This document shows positions 9,693-19,194 of a stretch of DNA of 64,000 nucleotides, piece by piece (position 1 is the stretch's first letter; the number at the start of each line of letters is the position of its first letter). The notes beneath the pieces were generated by a model, which had not been told where the DNA came from, did not search any database, and saw only the letters and a list, made by a program, of their open reading frames with translations. Source of the DNA: Trueperaceae bacterium. GTDB taxonomy: Bacteria > Deinococcota > Deinococci > Deinococcales > Trueperaceae. The position numbers were made by a program, and so were the translations under genes. The DNA lies in NCBI GenBank assembly GCA_034521815.1, contig JAXHLW010000013.1, forward strand, positions 1,760,001 to 1,824,000, given 5' to 3'.

Positions 9693-10313
9693 GTGCGGGT
9701 CCTTCTGTCGCTCTCCAAGGGGATCGACGACGTCACCACCCTGATCGGCAAGGTCGCCTGGTGGCTGACGTTGGTGATGGTCCTCATCGGCGTCCTGAAC
9801 GTGGTGACCCGTTACGTCGGGCGATCGATCGGCGTCGCGCTCGGCGGGACCGAGTACATCGTCCTGCAGACGTACGCCTACAACCTGGTGTTCCTGCTCG
9901 GTGCGGCGTACGTCTTCCGCATGAACGGACACGTTCGGGTCGACATCATCTACAGCGCGCTGTCGTACCGCGCGCGCGCCTGGGTCGACGTGTTCGGCAC
10001 GCTGGTGTTTCTGATCCCGTTTTCGCTGATGGGTCTCTACCTCTCGAACCGCTACGTCGAAACGTCCTGGCGGCAGCGCGAGGTCAACTTCAACGCCGGC
10101 GGGATTCCGATCTACCCGATCAAGACCGTCATCGTGATCGCGTTCGCGCTGCTGCTGGTGCAGGCGCTCAGCGAGCTGATCAAGAACGCCGCGTTCCTCG
10201 CCGGCCGACCGCACTCCCGCTCGCTGCACGACGTGCGTCCCTCGGCCCAGGCGTACCGCACGCCTCAGGCGCTGTTCGACGACGCCCCCGAGCCGAACGG
10301 CGAGACGCCCTGA
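9693..10313 (+). CDS. dctQ: TRAP transporter small permease (DctQ family)
   Basis: 4 TM segments, NVVTRY, LGAAY, GHVRVDIIY. Confidence 0.9.
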   Translation: MRVLLSLSKGIDDVTTLIGKVAWWLTLVMVLIGVLNVVTRYVGRSIGVALGGTEYIVLQTYAYNLVFLLGAAYVFRMNGHVRVDIIYSALSYRARAWVDVFGTLVFLIPFSLMGLYLSNRYVETSWRQREVNFNAGGIPIYPIKTVIVIAFALLLVQALSELIKNAAFLAGRPHSRSLHDVRPSAQAYRTPQALFDDAPEPNGETP

Positions 10314-11674
10314 TGGAGTACGTCTCGCTGTGGATGTTCGCCGCGGCCATCGGGCTTCTGCTGATCGGCTTTCCCGTCGCGTTCAGCTTGGGCGGCACGG
10401 CGGTGCTGTTCACGGTGTTCAGCAGCGACCTGATTCCCTGGCTGCCGTGGGAGCCGCTGTTCCGCTTCGCCCGCCTGACGATCCTGCCCCAACGGATGTT
10501 CGGCACGATCATGGAGAACTACACGCTGGTGGCGGTGCCGTTCTTCGTGTTCATGGGCGTCATGCTCGAGAAGTCCGGCTTGGCCGAGGAGCTGCTCGAG
10601 ACGATGGGCGCGCTGTTCGGAACGCTTCGTGGCGGGCTCGCGATCAGCGTGGTGGTGGTCGGCGCGCTGCTGGCCGCATCCACCGGCGTGGTGGGCGCCT
10701 CGGTCGTGACGATGGGCGTGCTGGCGCTGCCGGTGATGCTCAAGTTCCAGTACGACAAGCCGCTCGCGACGGGGGTGGTGGCCTCCTCGGGCACGCTGGG
10801 ACAGATCATCCCGCCCTCGATCGTGCTGGTCATCCTGGGCGACCAGATCGGCGTGTCGGTCGGAACGCTGTTCCTGGGCGCGCTGGTCCCGGGCCTGCTG
10901 CTCTCGGGGCTGTTCGTCCTGTGGGTGATCTTCGTCGCCTGGCGCTGGCCGGAGAAGGCGCCCGCCCTGCCGCCCGAAGCCCGCTCGCTGAGGGGCGCGG
11001 ACCTGGCGCTCAAGGTGGTCCGCAGCCTGATTCCCCCCCTGTTCCTGATCCTCGTCGTGCTGGGCACGATCTTCTTCGGGATCGCGACGCCGACCGAGGC
11101 GGGAGCGATGGGCGCGATCGGCGCGATGCTGCTCGCGGCCGTCAACCGCCGCCTGAACATGCGCGCGCTTACCGAGACGATGGATCAGACCGTGAGGCTC
11201 ACCAGCATGGTCTTCATCATCCTCGTCGGCGCCACCGCGTTCAGCATGGTGTTCACCGCGCTCCGCGGCGACCAGCTCGTGGACTCGTTCCTGCTGAACC
11301 TGCCGGGCGGCCAGTGGGGGTTCCTGTTCTTCACCATGCTGGTGATCTTCGCGCTCGGGTTCTTCATCGACTTCATCGAGATCACCTTCATCGTCGTGCC
11401 GTTCGTGGCGCCGATCGCTTTGACCTGGTTCGGTCCCGACATGATGGCGTGGTTCGGCGTGGTGGTGGCGATGAACCTGCAGGCGTCGTTCCTGACGCCG
11501 CCGTTCGGGTTCGCGCTGTTCTACCTGAAGGGCGTGGCGCCGCCCACCGTGAAGACGCAGCACATCTACGCCGGGATCGTGCCGTTCATCGCGCTGCAGC
11601 TGGTCGCATTGATTCTGATCATCGTCTTCCCGCAGATCGTGAACTGGCTGCCCGGCATCGCGAACGCGGGCTGA
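10313..11674 (+). CDS. dctM: TRAP transporter large permease (DctM family)
   Basis: LVAVPFFVFMG, GTLGQIIPPSIVL, GIATPTEAGA, NLQASFLTPPFGFALFYLKGVAP; TGATG coupling to dctQ. Confidence 0.95.
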   Translation: MEYVSLWMFAAAIGLLLIGFPVAFSLGGTAVLFTVFSSDLIPWLPWEPLFRFARLTILPQRMFGTIMENYTLVAVPFFVFMGVMLEKSGLAEELLETMGALFGTLRGGLAISVVVVGALLAASTGVVGASVVTMGVLALPVMLKFQYDKPLATGVVASSGTLGQIIPPSIVLVILGDQIGVSVGTLFLGALVPGLLLSGLFVLWVIFVAWRWPEKAPALPPEARSLRGADLALKVVRSLIPPLFLILVVLGTIFFGIATPTEAGAMGAIGAMLLAAVNRRLNMRALTETMDQTVRLTSMVFIILVGATAFSMVFTALRGDQLVDSFLLNLPGGQWGFLFFTMLVIFALGFFIDFIEITFIVVPFVAPIALTWFGPDMMAWFGVVVAMNLQASFLTPPFGFALFYLKGVAPPTVKTQHIYAGIVPFIALQLVALILIIVFPQIVNWLPGIANAG

Positions 11675-11725
11675 GCGCCGGACGCCGTGGCGCAGGGAGC
11701 CCGGCCGAAAGCGCTCCGAGCGCGA

Positions 11726-11761
11726 AAAGCGAGGGGCCCCGCTTCCTCGCGGGGCCCCTCG
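11726..11761 (-). terminator. intrinsic terminator hairpin between the convergent dctM and dctP genes
   Basis: 13-bp stem CGAGGGGCCCCGC/GCGGGGCCCCTCG with a 6-nt loop, followed by CTTTT on the minus strand. Confidence 0.75.
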
Positions 11762-11862
11762 TCTGCGTGCGTCGCGTCTGCGTGCGTCGCGTCCGCGTTT
11801 CGCGTTTCGCGCGTGCGGTGCGCCTACGGTCGTAGCGAGCCGAAGGATCGCCGTTCCCGACG

Positions 11863-12945
11863 TCAGTCGTTACCGTAGATGAAGTTCGCGTACGCGTAGC
11901 TGCTCGGTTCCTGCCAGGCGCGCGCGGTGGCGAGGAAGGCGTTGTAGTTCTCGAGCACGCGGCCGTACAGGTCGTTCCCCTCGGCGTTCACGGCGTGGAT
12001 CTCGGCCGTCGCCTCGCGCAGCGCCTGGAGGATCTCGTCGCTCAGCGTCCGGACCTGCGTGCCTCCGTCGACCATCCGCGCCAGGGCCGCCGCGTTCTTC
12101 GCCAGGTACTCGGCCAGCATCTGCTGGTTCGAGCGCGCAGCCGCCGACTTGAACACCTCCTGGATGTCCAGCGGCAGGTCGTCGTACTGACTGCGGTTCA
12201 TGTACACCGCCAGCGACGCGCCGGGCTCGGCCCAGCTGGGCAGGTAGTAGTACGTCGCGGCGTTGTTCAGGCCCAGGATCTCGTCGTCGTACGGCCCGAC
12301 CCAGTCGGCCGCGTCGATCACGCCGGTGTCCAGCGAGATGAACACCTCGCCGCCGGGGATGTTCTGGACGTTCGCGCCGACGCGGCTGAGCGCCTGGCCT
12401 CCGAACCCGGGCAAGCGGATCGTCAGGCCCTGCAGGTCGGCGACGGTATGGATCTCGCGCTTGAACCAGCCGCTCGTCTGCGGACCGGTGTTGCCCGCGG
12501 GGTACATGATCACGTCGTCGGGCGCGGTCAGCTCGTCCGAGAGGGCCTGGCCGTCGCCAGAGTTCATCCACGCGCCGAACTGCGCGGCGTCCATCCCGAA
12601 CGGGACGGCGGTGAAGAAGGCGTGGACGGGATTCTTGCCGTAGAAGTAGTACGGCGCGGCGTGGCCCATCGCGAACGCGCCGGACGAGACGGCGTCGTAC
12701 ACCTCGAACGCCCCGACCTGCGCGCCCGCGGGGTACACGTTCACCTCGACGTCGCCGCCCGTCATCTCGTTCAGGTACCTGGCGGTGTTCTGCGCGCCTC
12801 CGATGAGCACGTCGAGCGCGGTCGGCCACGACGTCACCATGTCGAACCGGTAGGTGGCGGCCTGGGCGTTCGCGAACATCAGCGGGGACAGTCCTGCTCC
12901 GACCGTGGCGACACCGGCCTTTTTCAGGAAATCACGGCGCTTCAT
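11863..12945 (-). CDS. dctP: TRAP substrate-binding protein (DctP/TakP-like), Tat-exported
   Basis: MKRRDFLKK twin-arginine signal, MVTSWP, GNTGPQTSGWF, IDAADWVGPYDD, YYYLPSWAEPG; GGAGG SD. Confidence 0.92.
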   Translation of the reverse strand: MKRRDFLKKAGVATVGAGLSPLMFANAQAATYRFDMVTSWPTALDVLIGGAQNTARYLNEMTGGDVEVNVYPAGAQVGAFEVYDAVSSGAFAMGHAAPYYFYGKNPVHAFFTAVPFGMDAAQFGAWMNSGDGQALSDELTAPDDVIMYPAGNTGPQTSGWFKREIHTVADLQGLTIRLPGFGGQALSRVGANVQNIPGGEVFISLDTGVIDAADWVGPYDDEILGLNNAATYYYLPSWAEPGASLAVYMNRSQYDDLPLDIQEVFKSAAARSNQQMLAEYLAKNAAALARMVDGGTQVRTLSDEILQALREATAEIHAVNAEGNDLYGRVLENYNAFLATARAWQEPSSYAYANFIYGND

Positions 12946-12987
12946 ACGAGTACCTCCTGGGCTAGAACGAATTGGGGACCGGGTTCG

Positions 12988-13016
12988 AGCATACATGGGC
13001 GGAATATCCCTTGCAA
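12988..13016 (-). promoter_or_regulatory. sigma70-type promoter of dctP
   Basis: Minus strand TTGCAA (13016-13011), 17-bp spacer, TATGCT (12993-12988). Confidence 0.6.
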
Positions 13017-13078
13017 TGTCCCTTTTCAGTGTCCCTATTTCAGTGTCCTGCGAGGTGGCGGCAGTGTCCCTGCGAGGT
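13014..13078. repeat. four direct repeats CA(G/A)TGTCC(C)T between the divergent dctP and phnD genes
   Basis: Copies start at 13014, 13027, 13041 and 13062. Confidence 0.7.
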
Positions 13079-13252
13079 CGCGCGCGACGCCCCGCGCCGG
13101 GACGCCCACAGCGCGTTCGGCCCGTCCTGGTAGCCCTTCCCCGGCCTTACGAAGGGCTGACATCTGCGTGCTACGATTCGTCAACGGCGCACCCGCGCGT
13201 CGCTCAGGCACGAAGCTCTTCCACGCACGCAGCTCTCCTAGGAGGATCCCCT

Positions 13253-14119
13253 TTGAAGCAGTTCATCGCGAAGCTCATGGCCGTGGCGCTCGTCGTCACG
13301 CTCGTTCCGTTCGCCGCCTCCGCCCAGGACGGCGACGTGCCCACCGAGCTGGTGCTCGGCATGGTTCCCAGCCGCGAGGCGGGCGCGATCGCCGACTCGC
13401 TCGAGCCGCTGGCCGATCTCCTGTCCGAGCGCCTGTTGATCCCGGTCGAGACGTTCATCTCGACGAACTACGTCGGCCTGGTCGAGGCGATGGGCAACGG
13501 CCGCGTCGATATCGGCTTCTTCGGACCGTCGGCGATGGTTCAGGCCATCGACCGCTACGACGCCGTGCCGATCACCGCGTCGGTCCGCTACGGATCGTCG
13601 ACGTACAAGACGCAGTTCAACGTGCGCTGCGACGGCCCGATCGAGTCGTACGACGACTTCCGCGGCGCCAGCATCGCCTTCGTGGACCCCGGCTCGGCCT
13701 CCGGCTACCAGTTCCCGTACGTGTTCCTGAAGAACCAGTACGGCATCGACGCGAACGACGACATGTCGACCGTGTTCGCCGGCAGCCACGACGCCGCCGC
13801 GCTGGCCGTGTACAACGGTGACGTCGACATCGCCACGAGCTTCAACGACGTCCGCGAGGACCTGCTGGACGAGTACCCGGACATCATGGAGCAGGTGTGC
13901 GTGCTGGGCTACACCGGCGACATCCCCAACGACGGACAGGTCGTCCGCGCCGGGCTGGACAGCGAGCTCGCCGCGCAGATCCAGCAGGCGCTGATCGACA
14001 TCGCCGAGACCGAAGAGGGCAACGCGCTGGTCAACGAGCTGTTCAACGTCACCGCGTTCGATCCGGTTTCGAGCGAGGCGTACGATCCGGTCCGCGAGGT
14101 CCTGGCCGAGTTCCAGTAG
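13253..14119 (+). CDS. phnD: phosphate/phosphite/phosphonate ABC transporter substrate-binding protein
   Basis: Signal peptide, YVGLVEAM...VDIGFFGP, IAFVDPGSASGYQFP, FAGSHDAA, IPND; AGGAGG SD before TTG 13253. Confidence 0.9.
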   Translation: MKQFIAKLMAVALVVTLVPFAASAQDGDVPTELVLGMVPSREAGAIADSLEPLADLLSERLLIPVETFISTNYVGLVEAMGNGRVDIGFFGPSAMVQAIDRYDAVPITASVRYGSSTYKTQFNVRCDGPIESYDDFRGASIAFVDPGSASGYQFPYVFLKNQYGIDANDDMSTVFAGSHDAAALAVYNGDVDIATSFNDVREDLLDEYPDIMEQVCVLGYTGDIPNDGQVVRAGLDSELAAQIQQALIDIAETEEGNALVNELFNVTAFDPVSSEAYDPVREVLAEFQ

Positions 14120-14170
14120 CCCGGTAGACGGATCCGGCGCGCTCCGGCGCCCGCCTTCGTCATCGCGCTC

Positions 14171-14200
14171 GCGGCCCCGGGCTCCCGCCCGGGGCCGCTT
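14171..14200 (+). terminator. intercistronic hairpin after phnD
   Basis: 12-bp stem GCGGCCCCGGGC/GCCCGGGGCCGC, loop TCCC, short TT tail. Confidence 0.5.
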
Positions 14201-14296
14201 CACGGTGCCCGTCCGGTGGCCGCCGTCGGCCGCCGCCCTCGGTCGGCCGCCGCCGAGGGGTCGCGACTCGGATACACTCCCGGGCAGGAGCCCCGC

Positions 14297-15067
14297 ATGA
14301 TCGAATTCCGTGACCTCGAAGTCACCTACCCCAACGGATTCAAGGCCCTGAAAGGGATCGACCTGACGATCCCGAAGGGGCAGTTCGTCGTGATCGTGGG
14401 GCTGTCCGGGGCGGGCAAGTCGACGCTGATCCGGACGGTGAACCACCTCGTGCCCCCCTCGAAGGGCGACGTCGTGATCGACGGACGCTCGGTCGGCGGC
14501 GCCAATCGCAGCGAGCTGCGCCGCATCCGCTCGAAGATCGGCATGATCTTCCAGACGTTCAACCTGGTCAAGCGCTCCTCGGTGCTTCGCAACGTGCTGG
14601 CGGGCCGGCTGGGTCACGTCTCGCCGCTGCGCGGCTTGCTGGGCCTGTTCTCGAAGCACGATCTGGGCCTCGCCCACGAGTCGCTGCGGCGCGTCGGCAT
14701 CCCCGAGAAGGCGTGGCAGCGCGCGGACGCGCTGTCGGGCGGGCAGCAGCAGCGCGTCGGCATCGCCCGGGCGCTGGCGCAGCAGCCCGAGGTGATGCTG
14801 GCCGACGAGCCGGTCGCGAGCCTCGATCCGCCCACCAGCCACGCGGTGATGAGCGACCTGAAGCGCATCTCGCGCGAGGACGGGATCACCACCCTCGTGA
14901 ACCTGCACTTCATCGACATGGCGCGCGAGTACGCCGACCGGATCGTCGGGATGCGCGACGGCGTGATCGTGTTCGACGGCACGCCGGACGAGGCGACCGA
15001 CCAGGCGTTCGAGGACATCTACGGACGGCCGATCGACGAGGAGAAGGACCTTCGCGGTGCTGCCTGA
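14297..15067 (+). CDS. phnC: phosphonate ABC transporter ATP-binding protein
   Basis: GLSGAGKST, NVLAGRLG, LSGGQQQRVGIARALAQ, LADEPVASLDP, VNLH. Confidence 0.93.
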   Translation: MIEFRDLEVTYPNGFKALKGIDLTIPKGQFVVIVGLSGAGKSTLIRTVNHLVPPSKGDVVIDGRSVGGANRSELRRIRSKIGMIFQTFNLVKRSSVLRNVLAGRLGHVSPLRGLLGLFSKHDLGLAHESLRRVGIPEKAWQRADALSGGQQQRVGIARALAQQPEVMLADEPVASLDPPTSHAVMSDLKRISREDGITTLVNLHFIDMAREYADRIVGMRDGVIVFDGTPDEATDQAFEDIYGRPIDEEKDLRGAA

Positions 15068-15857
15068 GCCGGCCGCGACCTCGCAGATCCCCGAACGGCC
15101 CGCCGGTCAACGCAAGGTGGCGGCGGCCACCCTGGCGACGTTCGTCGCGCTGTTCCTGGTCTCGGCCTGGCAGACCGGCTTCTCGGTCGGCGACCTGGCG
15201 ACGGGGACCGGCGACTTCTTCCGCTTCTTCGGCCGCATGGTTCCCGATTGGAGCTACCTGCCGAAGGTGTGGGGGCCGATCCTCGAAACGATCCAGATCG
15301 CCTACCTGGGCACGCTGTTCGGCACCGCGCTGGCGTTGCCGCTGCTCTTCCTCGCCTCGGCCAACACCACCACCGACCGCGTGACCCTGGCGGTGTCGCG
15401 TTCGGTCCTGACGGTCCTGCGCTCGATCCCCGACCTGCTGTACGCCGCGTTGCTGGCGCCCATCCTGGCGATCGGTCCCCTGCCCGGCGTGGTCGCGCTG
15501 ACCCTGTTCAGCATGGCGGTCCTCGCGAAGCTGGGCTCGGAGACGGTCGAGGCCGCCGATCCCGGTCCGATGGAGGCCGTGCGCGCGACCGGCGCCGGCC
15601 GCAACCGCGTGATCGTCTACGCCGTCGTCCCGCAGGTGGCGGCGACGATGACCAGCTACATCCTGTACGTGTTCGAGATCAACGTCCGGGCCTCGGTCAT
15701 CATCGGGCTGGTCGGCGCGGGCGGCATCGGCCAGGACCTCCTGGCCCGCCTGAACTTCTTCGCGTACGGCGACGTCTCGACCATCATCGTGGTGATCTTC
15801 GTCCTCGTCCTGGCCATCGACGCGCTGTCGGTGTGGGCAAGGTCCAAACTCATCTGA
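15057..15857 (+). CDS. phnE: phosphonate ABC transporter permease
   Basis: ETIQIA..GT, RSIPDL, DPGPMEA, FEINVRAS.IIGLVGAGGIG. Confidence 0.92.
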   Translation: MLPEPAATSQIPERPAGQRKVAAATLATFVALFLVSAWQTGFSVGDLATGTGDFFRFFGRMVPDWSYLPKVWGPILETIQIAYLGTLFGTALALPLLFLASANTTTDRVTLAVSRSVLTVLRSIPDLLYAALLAPILAIGPLPGVVALTLFSMAVLAKLGSETVEAADPGPMEAVRATGAGRNRVIVYAVVPQVAATMTSYILYVFEINVRASVIIGLVGAGGIGQDLLARLNFFAYGDVSTIIVVIFVLVLAIDALSVWARSKLI

Positions 15858-16687
15858 TGCGCGACGCCGCCCCCGCCAACGCCTCCCCCGCCGCCTCCGT
15901 CCCGACCCCGCCGCCCCAGGTGCGTCGCGCCAACGTGGCCCGCGCCGGACTGGTCGTGACGATCCTGCTGCTGGCCGTCGTCACGGTGATCACGCTGGAC
16001 CTGCCGTCGCTCGAGCGCGTGGCTCGCGGCCTGAAGAACAACGCCGTCCCCCTGCTGCGCGGGTTCGTCCAGCCTCGCTGGGAGATCGCGCCGCTGGCGT
16101 TCTCGTCGATGGCCGAGACGTTCTTCATGGCGGTCATCGGCACCACGATCGGCGCGATCCTCGCCTTTCCGCTGTCGTTCCTCGCGGCCGGCAACCTGCT
16201 GGGCGGCACGCGCTTCGCGGTTCCCGGCAAGACGGTGCTGGTCGCGATCCGAACGTTTCCCGAGATCCTGCTGGCGATCATCTTCGTCGCCGCGACCGGG
16301 CCCGGCCCGACCGCCGGGATCATGGCGATGGGGATCCACTCGATCGGCTTCCTGGGCAAGATCTTCGCCGACGTGATCGAGGGGATCGACCCCGGACCGA
16401 ACGAGGCGATCCGGGCCGCCGGCGGCGGCGCGCTGCTCGTGTTCGTGTGGAGCGTGGTGCCTCAGGTGCTTCCCGAGTTCGCGTCCAACGTTCTGTACCG
16501 CTTCGAGATCAACCTGCGCGCCGCCACGGTGCTGGGCCTGGTGGGGGCGGGCGGCATCGGCCTGCCGCTGATCCAGCGCCTGCAGTTCCGGCGCTGGGAA
16601 GAGGTGTCGATGCTCCTGATCGTGATCGTTGCTTTCGTGATCGTGGTCGACGCGCTGTCGGGTCGCATCCGTCGCCGCCTGGTGTGA
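15857..16687 (+). CDS. phnE: phosphonate ABC transporter permease (second copy)
   Basis: RTFPEI, DPGPNEA, YRFEINLRAATVLGLVGAGGIG; TGATG coupling. Confidence 0.92.
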   Translation: MRDAAPANASPAASVPTPPPQVRRANVARAGLVVTILLLAVVTVITLDLPSLERVARGLKNNAVPLLRGFVQPRWEIAPLAFSSMAETFFMAVIGTTIGAILAFPLSFLAAGNLLGGTRFAVPGKTVLVAIRTFPEILLAIIFVAATGPGPTAGIMAMGIHSIGFLGKIFADVIEGIDPGPNEAIRAAGGGALLVFVWSVVPQVLPEFASNVLYRFEINLRAATVLGLVGAGGIGLPLIQRLQFRRWEEVSMLLIVIVAFVIVVDALSGRIRRRLV

Positions 16688-16759
16688 GGGCCGCGATCGC
16701 GCGGGCCGCGATCCGCGGCGGATCGCGTGATCCGAGAGCGCTCGGCCTGGGCCGGGCGC

Positions 16760-17539
16760 TCAGCCGGCCGTGTCGGCGACGATCCTGAGTCCGTGCAGCG
16801 TGAGGAGCGGGTCGACGATCTCGATCCGCTTGGCGTGCGGCCCGACCACCTCGGCGAAGCCGCCGGTCGCGACGACCCGGAGGCGGCCGTGCTCGCCGAT
16901 CTCCTCGCGCGCCTCGCGTTCGATCCGGCCCACCATGCCGTCCACCATCTCGGCGTAGCCGAAGACCAGTCCCGACCGCAGGGCGTCGACGGTGTTGCGG
17001 CCCACGGCGCGCTCGGGAGCCGTCAGCTCGACGCGCGGCAGCTTCGCGGCGCGGTGGAACAGCGCCTCGGCCGCGATCATCGGACCGGGCGCCAGCGCCA
17101 CGCCCAGCAGCCGGTTCGGGTGCACGATCAGGTCGAAGTTCGCGGCCGTTCCGAAGTCGACGGCGATGACGGCGTCGCCCTCGTAGCGCAGCGCCGCGAC
17201 CGCGTTCACCAGACGGTCCGCGCCGACCTCGGAGGGGCGCTCCGTCTCGATGCTCAGCAGCGAGGCGACCCGCTCGTGGTCGACGACCGTGGTCGGTGCC
17301 GAGAAGCGGTCCTGGAGCGCCCGGGCGATCTCGCGACCTGCTGGCGGCACCACGGACGACACGATCGCCCGGTCGGGCGGCTCGACCGTGTCGAGCGCCA
17401 AGAGGTTCGCGAGGAGCACGGCGTACTGGTCCGCCATCCGGCGGGCGTCGGTCGAGATGCGCCAGTGCGCCATCAGCGCATCGCCCCGGAACAGGCCCAG
17501 AACGGTGCTGGTGTTGCCGACGTCGACGGCGAGCAGCAT
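16760..17539 (-). CDS. coaX: type III pantothenate kinase
   Basis: [32 protein letters not shown]. Confidence 0.95.
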   Translation of the reverse strand: MLLAVDVGNTSTVLGLFRGDALMAHWRISTDARRMADQYAVLLANLLALDTVEPPDRAIVSSVVPPAGREIARALQDRFSAPTTVVDHERVASLLSIETERPSEVGADRLVNAVAALRYEGDAVIAVDFGTAANFDLIVHPNRLLGVALAPGPMIAAEALFHRAAKLPRVELTAPERAVGRNTVDALRSGLVFGYAEMVDGMVGRIEREAREEIGEHGRLRVVATGGFAEVVGPHAKRIEIVDPLLTLHGLRIVADTAG

Positions 17540-17590
17540 GGCGCCAGCGTACCGCGGGGCTCGCGGCTAGACTCGCGGGTAGACTCCCGC

Positions 17591-18142
17591 ATGGCCATTC
17601 GATCGGACCGTTGGATTCGCGAGCGCGCCCGCCAGGGCATGATCGATCCGTTCGTCGAGCACCTCGAGCGCGAAGGCGTGATCAGCTACGGCCTCTCGAG
17701 CTTCGGCTACGACCTGCGCGCCGCGCCCGAGTGGCGGGTGTTCGTCAACGCGTTCAACACCGTGGTCGACCCCAAGGCGTTCGATCCCGCCAGCTTCGTC
17801 GAGGTGAACGCGGATACCTGCATCATCCCGCCGAACTCGTTCGTGCTCACCCGCTCGGTCGAGTACCTCAAGATTCCCGACGACGTCCTGGTCGTCGCGC
17901 TGGGCAAGTCGTCGTACGCCCGGTCCGGGATCGTCGCGAACGTCACGCCGCTGGAGCCGGGCTGGGAAGGCCACGTGACCTTGGAGCTGTCGAACACCAC
18001 GCCGCTTCCCGCGAAGGTGTACGCCAACGAGGGCATCGTGCAGCTCCTCTTCTTCCAAGGCGACGAGCGACCCGAGACCACCTACGCCGACCGGAAGGGC
18101 AAGTACATGGGCCAGCGAGGGGTGACGCTGCCGAAGGTGTGA
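17591..18142 (+). CDS. dcd: dCTP deaminase
   Basis: [39 protein letters not shown]. Confidence 0.96.
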   Translation: MAIRSDRWIRERARQGMIDPFVEHLEREGVISYGLSSFGYDLRAAPEWRVFVNAFNTVVDPKAFDPASFVEVNADTCIIPPNSFVLTRSVEYLKIPDDVLVVALGKSSYARSGIVANVTPLEPGWEGHVTLELSNTTPLPAKVYANEGIVQLLFFQGDERPETTYADRKGKYMGQRGVTLPKV

Positions 18143-18275
18143 GTCGTGGCGCGCCGCCGCCAGGCCGTGGCGCGGTGGCGCAGGGATGGGGCATTCGTCT
18201 CTTCGCGCCGCCGTACGAGTCGACGCGGCACGAAGGGCGCGCTTCACGGCGTCGCCGACCGGAGGAGGCGCTGCG

Positions 18276-19194
18276 GTGGCGGATCGGACCCGGCTACAAG
18301 GAGATCATCGACAATCTCTACGACGGCGTGTACTTCGTCGACCGCGACCGCGTCATCACCTACTGGAACAACGGCGCGGAGCGCATTACCGGGTACCGCA
18401 GCGACGACGTGCGAGGGCGCTCGTGCCGGGACGGCATCCTCAACCACGTGACCGCCGAGGGTCATGCGTTGTGCACGGGCGACTGCCCGCTCGCGGCGTG
18501 CATGGAGGACGGCGAGGTGCGCGAGGCGGACGTGTTCCTGCATCACGCGGAGGGGCACCGGCTGCCCGTTCTGGTGCGGTGCGCGCCGCTTCGCGACGAC
18601 GACGGAACGATCATCGGCGCGGTCGAGACGTTCAGCAGCGAGCTCGGCGTCCGCTCGGCCCGCAAGGAGCTCGGCGAGCTGCGCCGCTCGGTACGGACCG
18701 ACCAGCTGACGGGGATCGGCAACCGTGCGCACCTCGAGGGGCGCTTGCGCGCGTTGGTCGCGGAGTACCAGCAGCGGCCGGGCGAGGCGGCCGTCGTGAT
18801 GGTGGACATCGACCGTTTCAAGGAGGTGAACGACACGCTCGGTCACGAGGTGGGCGACCGGGTGTTGCGGATGGTGGCGACGACGCTGAGGCGCAACCTG
18901 CGCGCGGGCGACACCGTCGGACGGTGGGGAGGCGAGGAGTTCGTCGCCATCCTGGACGGCGTGCACACCGACGACGATCTGAGACGGGTGTGCGACAAGC
19001 TGCGCACGCTGGTCGCCTCCTCCCGCCTCGACGTCGGCGACCGGGGGGTCGCGGTGACGCTCTCGATGGGGGCGACGCTGATTCGTCACGACGACACGCC
19101 CGCCTCGGTGGTCGCGCGGGCGGACGAGCTGATGTACGACAGCAAGCGAGCGGGTCGCGACCGGGTCACGGTGGACCCGACCGGGCAGCGCTAG
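18276..19194 (+). CDS. PAS-domain diguanylate cyclase (start uncertain; possible 1-nt frameshift near the 5' end)
   Basis: PAS (YWNNGAERITGY), DQLTGIGNR, DIDRFKEVNDTLGHEVGD, RxxD I-site RAGD, RWGGEEF. Confidence 0.88.
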
